A DNA stretch of 64,000 nucleotides, from the NCBI GenBank assembly GCA_000002445.1, contig CP000067.1, positions 64,001 through 128,000 on the forward strand, in the 5' to 3' direction. The position numbers were made by a program, and so were the translations under genes. This document shows, one piece after another, positions 61,801-64,000 of this stretch. The number at the start of each line of letters is the position of its first letter. The first letter of the stretch is position 1. The DNA comes from Trypanosoma brucei. Its lineage: Eukaryota. The notes beneath the pieces were generated by a model. It saw only the letters and a program-made list of their open reading frames with translations, searched no databases and was not told the origin of the DNA.

Positions 61801-63092
61801 ATCATATCCAACAAACCCTCCTCTAACCTCGATCGGTACTTAGCGCTAGACGACGCTATGATGTGTGGCATGCTTTCGATAAGGGGCAGCGACAATCCCC
61901 AACGAAATATGTTTTCTATGCAAGGCTCGATGTAGCTCTCCACATCGACAGGTGGGCATACATGGCATATCACTGAAAAGCATCTGACTGCCTCCCAGCA
62001 CGGTTTAGATGACTTCCCAGATACGTAACGCACAGCATTGCATGTTTCATTGACGAACGGACGAAACGCCACGTCTGTAACCAATACAATGATTTCACTG
62101 AGCATATTGAACGACGCGGCAACTTGATAGCCGTTCTCAATTGATTTGAGAGCAAAACCAACCGTGTCCTTCAGTTGATTGGTGATGAACAACGTTGTGC
62201 TATAGCGGCACAGCACGATAAGGCAGCGAAAGAGAAGTTCTCTCAACTCAGCAATGTTGGTGGACCCCCCAGTCATCACATAAGGGACCAGCATAATGGA
62301 CATATCCTCGTATCGAGGTTGAGATGCAGTTCCCACTGAAGTCATCACCACAGTTTCAAAGGCCAGCAAGCCAGCCATGTTGCTCTCTCTAGACTTCGCG
62401 GCGAGATTGAACTTGAGTTGATGAAGCAACGAGTCTACCGTTTTCTTCCTGTTAACTGGAGATCGACTGCAAAGTAATTTTCCGCAATCCATAAAAAGCA
62501 GATGCGAAATCTCCCGTATCATCGCATCTGAAGAGGCTAACATACCCCACAACTTTTCAAATAAGGAATCCAACATGTCGAGAATTCGCATAGGAATTTT
62601 AGTCACCACCTCCTGTAGCATCAACAAGGCGCACACTCTCTGTGCATGAGTTATATTTTCCTTCAAATCTATTGCCAAAAAAGCGCCCTCCACCTGCTCT
62701 TGAACGAAGTCCGACGTCATACTCGTCACGAGTGTCTCTCCAAAAGCACGGGAGGCGACGAAGGCAACTGACACGTCCTGCACATGAGTCAAACAAATGC
62801 TAAGATAACTATTGCACTGAGATACCTGATTGGCTGTAAGGTCTAATTGCAGCAACGTCGCCAGCGTCACGAGCGCGCACTTGACCTCTGCTGTACCACC
62901 CTCAACTACATCAAAGTTTTCCAAACAAAACAATAAACATGACACTAAGTTTTCATATTCCTGCTGATTCTTTCTTTGATTATCTTTTGCCTGCTTAACA
63001 ACCTCAGCGGCGTAAATGACATCACATTTTGAAGAAACCGCAATTGTCCGGATGAGCGCCTCCACTTTCCGCGCATCGTACCCAAGTGACAT
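55854..63092 (-). CDS. TOR: TOR (target of rapamycin) PIKK kinase, 2412 aa, TOR1/TOR2 class with an FRB domain. The first 43 codons of the track ORF (63093..63221) are a polypyrimidine tract, not coding.
   Basis: The C-terminus ends ...AQSWAGWYPFW (FATC). Kinase core GYILGLGDRHPNNVMI...LFVHIDFGDCFE. FRB-like ELVRTSDLLHEQWYHMLECSATAFFDRNDYKGMLDVLLPLHEKL. Long HEAT/FAT N-terminus. The ATG at 63090..63092 is preceded on the coding strand by tttttccccccccccctctataactgtaaattctatagtttttcttcttttctatttctttatcatctctttctttgtg, then AG. Confidence 0.9.
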   Translation of the reverse strand: MSLGYDARKVEALIRTIAVSSKCDVIYAAEVVKQAKDNQRKNQQEYENLVSCLLFCLENFDVVEGGTAEVKCALVTLATLLQLDLTANQVSQCNSYLSICLTHVQDVSVAFVASRAFGETLVTSMTSDFVQEQVEGAFLAIDLKENITHAQRVCALLMLQEVVTKIPMRILDMLDSLFEKLWGMLASSDAMIREISHLLFMDCGKLLCSRSPVNRKKTVDSLLHQLKFNLAAKSRESNMAGLLAFETVVMTSVGTASQPRYEDMSIMLVPYVMTGGSTNIAELRELLFRCLIVLCRYSTTLFITNQLKDTVGFALKSIENGYQVAASFNMLSEIIVLVTDVAFRPFVNETCNAVRYVSGKSSKPCWEAVRCFSVICHVCPPVDVESYIEPCIENIFRWGLSLPLIESMPHIIASSSAKYRSRLEEGLLDMISVTLCGLPFRQQPGSKGTITMKVESEPTESQITVALDALVQFGFSDSELMGDFLRDSVLPLIDSESVSVRTAAVRTICTLLIPPGVKGELTMARRICVDVILSRMLVVGLSNPDPVVRKGILSSFTEPFYPFLKEVQFVTSIYAALGDEDISCRVAATVLLCRMTFHDPSHILPIFRKQIVQILHTVSTSDNTGAVQSGLQLLDAAASNAPQFVMNFADGIIKALGHHFSTVNIHSSILQHLLRCCTSVAHAAHFFGNTDAIFRVEVDRAYMLLKALPLDSESVELRLWCLRFLSATLGPQIEGRSPYEVYPHLYQQLSGIVKNNDEDLDVRLEALRCAGVIGALDISIFHSTVVNRTCRHEEMKRNEPSTLSHAMCCRVVIRSIASLLDLSEKRFSGGKDNVLRVGIQTILNIAESCPDSRGEIAVVIPPVVRAVSELSACRLLGTLLHELTQIIRYVGVAALSHAHLLYNLIDESWVKSSKYRFLAVRLALTLVTLEADGKAESRRSNMRMSPIKFDALNDIESSESLRYAIIEYILKHTQTLKTCVETVVTNLLRAAQRCPIDFALSVITTLRVVCFRLHVDEFAGLIVRGLLSCLKTRLSTSMRATEQNAFVSRIMGVFCVLMTVLQSEFVKYSSEVLRTLKTLRVSNNELITLHGTLMKGGVCTLSKGFVTEHQKQVVRLLKECEGIALRHVSDLDKVLSTRGNVDEKGWNSDDGERPLPFSEKLIISTTRTAPLTKEEWLRWLNDFSCVIMQESPYRVFRCISLPLTANTSPLVDCSPQFTQDIAPHAFRALWNFASASVRSSLADFFFQVLQQAMESSAVPDEVVSALLTVAEYMDNVGMALPIAPSILSRCAWGRGMLAKALYWCEAAYRKDPRGTAKYLFSLYRELQQSGLLMVTGHSESLKLLQGCIDNERSESDGSDEYSVKWLSRQESLRRMCGVGGRSRSDANSSFNGEDVKLDPEMENEVNTLYALSEAGDYDAVLEQWKVLFQKYNGRDEQKREENTLFYVSQCAADASIRLQAWDTLEDTTRWQLNDTVSYHVSRAALSIHKRRYEEATSAINEGRKLLLEDLSGLLHQSYTRAYEGLVIAQKLSELEEIVTVKRAEVVSSTHHLSRVLRLWSQRIEMMSSTVSAWKEVLGVRGLLIPPGEDVATRLRFVNLCRREKAKQHERFILCQLLGYRCPTSEQLMHSNANPRVVMQYISFLSANGELGPKSSYGLERDLLKRMIDTHSRNENAFLLSSAYARLGSSAELSEAVQCYKAATTYCPKWFHAWRMFAESNAEMLDVTFSDATCAAAIEGYIQSIKLGNSDSTIIQDVLKLLTLLSRHCDQESGLKELRKRVFEVSPRAWKLVVPQLIARLDSGSDGSCELVAEILTTVSFDCPLSLIYPLNLCAMSNSRRRRKYANIILDKLQSKHPLVVNQGRILVDELVRTSDLLHEQWYHMLECSATAFFDRNDYKGMLDVLLPLHEKLHLSTDTIVEAEFTCKFGNKLDRAQEWLQSYLRTGSIADLHSAWNIYHAVYQQIDKQIRSQSKLHLSFCSPKLFEARNLAVGLPDAMPSEDCAVRCTASFNGTLTVIGSKQRPKRLSVTTVDGETQKYLLKGREDLRLDERVMQLFRLVNTLMMTDSRTCKNPGFQIQRYSVTPLKDTVGLIGWVSGCDTLHTLVTKYRKFRGIPPELELRMMNQIIVCDRPKTYDHLTMISKVEVMEFLADHTSGHDVRKAMWASASNCEMWLEQRQVFTTSSATTCMVGYILGLGDRHPNNVMIQRTSGLFVHIDFGDCFEVAMTRQMFPERVPFRLTRMIRNALDVFGVDGPFRSIAETAMCVLRDGSRSVLAILEAFIQDPLISWRLLNHMKKEPGDSTVHKNIDEQSEAVGPRMSSVAFPGAPVRDDMFTVDSKLTRCASIPDDDVVHKGVKVFQRVRSKLKGEEFLRTKGDTKSTDPKVQVARLIVEATDITNVAQSWAGWYPFW
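55857..57060 (-). other. TOR PI3K-like kinase catalytic domain plus FATC (the last ~33 codons, 55857..55955).
   Basis: DRHPNN catalytic loop and HIDFGD activation-segment motif. Terminal GWYPFW. Confidence 0.75.
57190..57475 (-). other. FRB (FKBP12-rapamycin binding) domain of TOR.
   Basis: I read this directly: the reverse complement of 57441..57482 encodes DELVRTSDLLHEQW, and the reverse complement of ~57262..57300 encodes KLDRAQEWLQSYL. Confidence 0.7.
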
Positions 63093-63181
63093 CCTTGGAT
63101 GTACGCAAGCACAAAGAAAGAGATGATAAAGAAATAGAAAAGAAGAAAAACTATAGAATTTACAGTTATAGAGGGGGGGGG
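63093..63181 (-). promoter_or_regulatory. Polypyrimidine tract plus AG, the presumptive spliced-leader acceptor region for TOR.
   Basis: Coding-strand sequence T6 C10 then CT-rich, ending ...tatag / ...caag immediately before the ATG. The plus strand shows G10 at 63172..63181. Confidence 0.6.
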
Positions 63182-64000
63182 GAAAAAACGCACCTATATG
63201 ATTGTGTAACCTTACGTTCAAAGAAGCAGATCAAGTATTTCCCCTTTCCCCTCTTTTTTTGAGTTATATGCTCCTATTCGTTACAAACTCGCAAAGACAC
63301 AAGCATGCACATGCACGCATATACTTTCTGGAAGCGAGCGTAGGTGTAAGTACAACTTGTGTGTTTGTGTTTGCGTACGTCAACGTGGGTACTCTACTAT
63401 GGGCCAAACACTATAACCTTTTCTTTTTCCCACCCCAAATACACACTTTTATATGTTCTTACCTCTTGCTGTAGGTGAGCCTCTATTCACTCTATTTTAT
63501 GGCAGGCAAGATATGTGTTAATATTGAGGGGTGGGCGGTGGGCGAAAATATTGAATTGATGGTATCAAGTTTACGGAGAAAGAAAGATTTTTAAAAAAAA
63601 TAATAAGAAATAAGTGCGTGTATTTATCGAAAAATTGTATGATGCAAAAGGGCATTGAAAGTAACGAACACATAAAGGAGAAGAAAGACTGCAGAGAAAT
63701 GTCGGGAAAGGGTGTGAGAGTGGGAACAAAAAAAAAAACAAAATCATCGAGGAGAGACAGACAGAAGAAAAAATGCAACGCGCGAAAGCCACACAGAACT
63801 GTGGCATCCAGCCACTCCTCAAACCACACAAACGCGCCTCATATCTTCTTTCTCTTCTTCTCTTCTTCTCTCCTTTTCTTCTTTTCTTCTTTCCTTTGTG
63901 TTTTTTTTTCTTCTTTGAGGGGAGAGGAGTTTTTTTTCCCCATCCGTTTGATCATCATGATGTTTGTTCTCTACTTACTTCTCTTAACATTGCACACAAA

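Noticed and set aside
63093-63221. N-terminal 43 codons of the track's 2455-aa TOR ORF (MNVRLHNHIGAFFPPPLYNCKFYSFSSFLFLYHLFLCACVHPR).
   Set aside because: This stretch is the polypyrimidine tract and AG acceptor. Its translation is Phe/Leu/Pro-rich junk. The conserved protein starts at MSLGYDARK (ATG 63090..63092).
1-64000. Search for prokaryotic-style systems (CRISPR arrays, toxin-antitoxin, defence islands, integrases, IS elements) and for tRNA/rRNA genes.
   Set aside because: Sequence organisation is eukaryotic kinetoplastid: kb-scale intron-less ORFs, polypyrimidine/AG signals, no Shine-Dalgarno spacing, no short direct-repeat/spacer arrays. I saw no tRNA-like T-loop/acceptor pattern. 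I cannot exclude snoRNAs without a covariance search.

Overview
This window reads as kinetoplastid (African-trypanosome-like) nuclear DNA, not a prokaryotic locus. Every convincing ORF is intron-less and on the minus strand, so the window is one directional polycistronic unit transcribed right to left. Each gene is preceded by AT-rich spacer carrying a polypyrimidine tract and an AG dinucleotide, consistent with trans-splicing. The left 14.3 kb is a tandem array of a roughly 5.43 kb unit (two full copies plus a 3.46 kb partial copy at the left edge, with the array apparently continuing left of the window). Each unit carries a 558-572 aa P-loop protein that resembles the retrotransposon-hot-spot (RHS) family, plus about 3.7 kb of very AT-rich spacer. 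A 2.6 kb non-coding gap (14291..16880) separates the array from the first housekeeping gene, a giant 6613 aa HECT E3 ligase. Downstream of the ligase are these genes: a giant 6613 aa HECT E3 ligase carrying six SPRY-like modules, a zinc finger, a pseudokinase-like module and three copies of an unassigned domain starting NGIMFD; an SLC35F-like transporter; a START-like protein; two hypothetical proteins; an acireductone-dioxygenase-like cupin with substituted metal ligands and an Arg/Glu-rich N-terminal extension; a 406 aa hypothetical protein; a WD40 protein; a small multi-pass membrane ORF; a multi-RRM RNA-binding protein; CAF40/NOT9; and a 2412 aa TOR kinase with FRB and FATC. TOR immediately upstream of CAF40, with an RHS array to the left, matches my recollection of the left end of T. 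brucei chromosome 4 (TOR2/CAF40). That assignment is from memory and must be confirmed by database search. I found no CRISPR array, prokaryotic defence or mobile-element system, and no tRNA or rRNA. Several start codons in the supplied ORF track are non-ATG (GTG/TTG), so I give the first in-frame ATG as the likely start for those genes. The most interesting items are the architecture of the giant HECT ligase, the probably non-catalytic ARD-like protein, and the structure of the RHS-like array.
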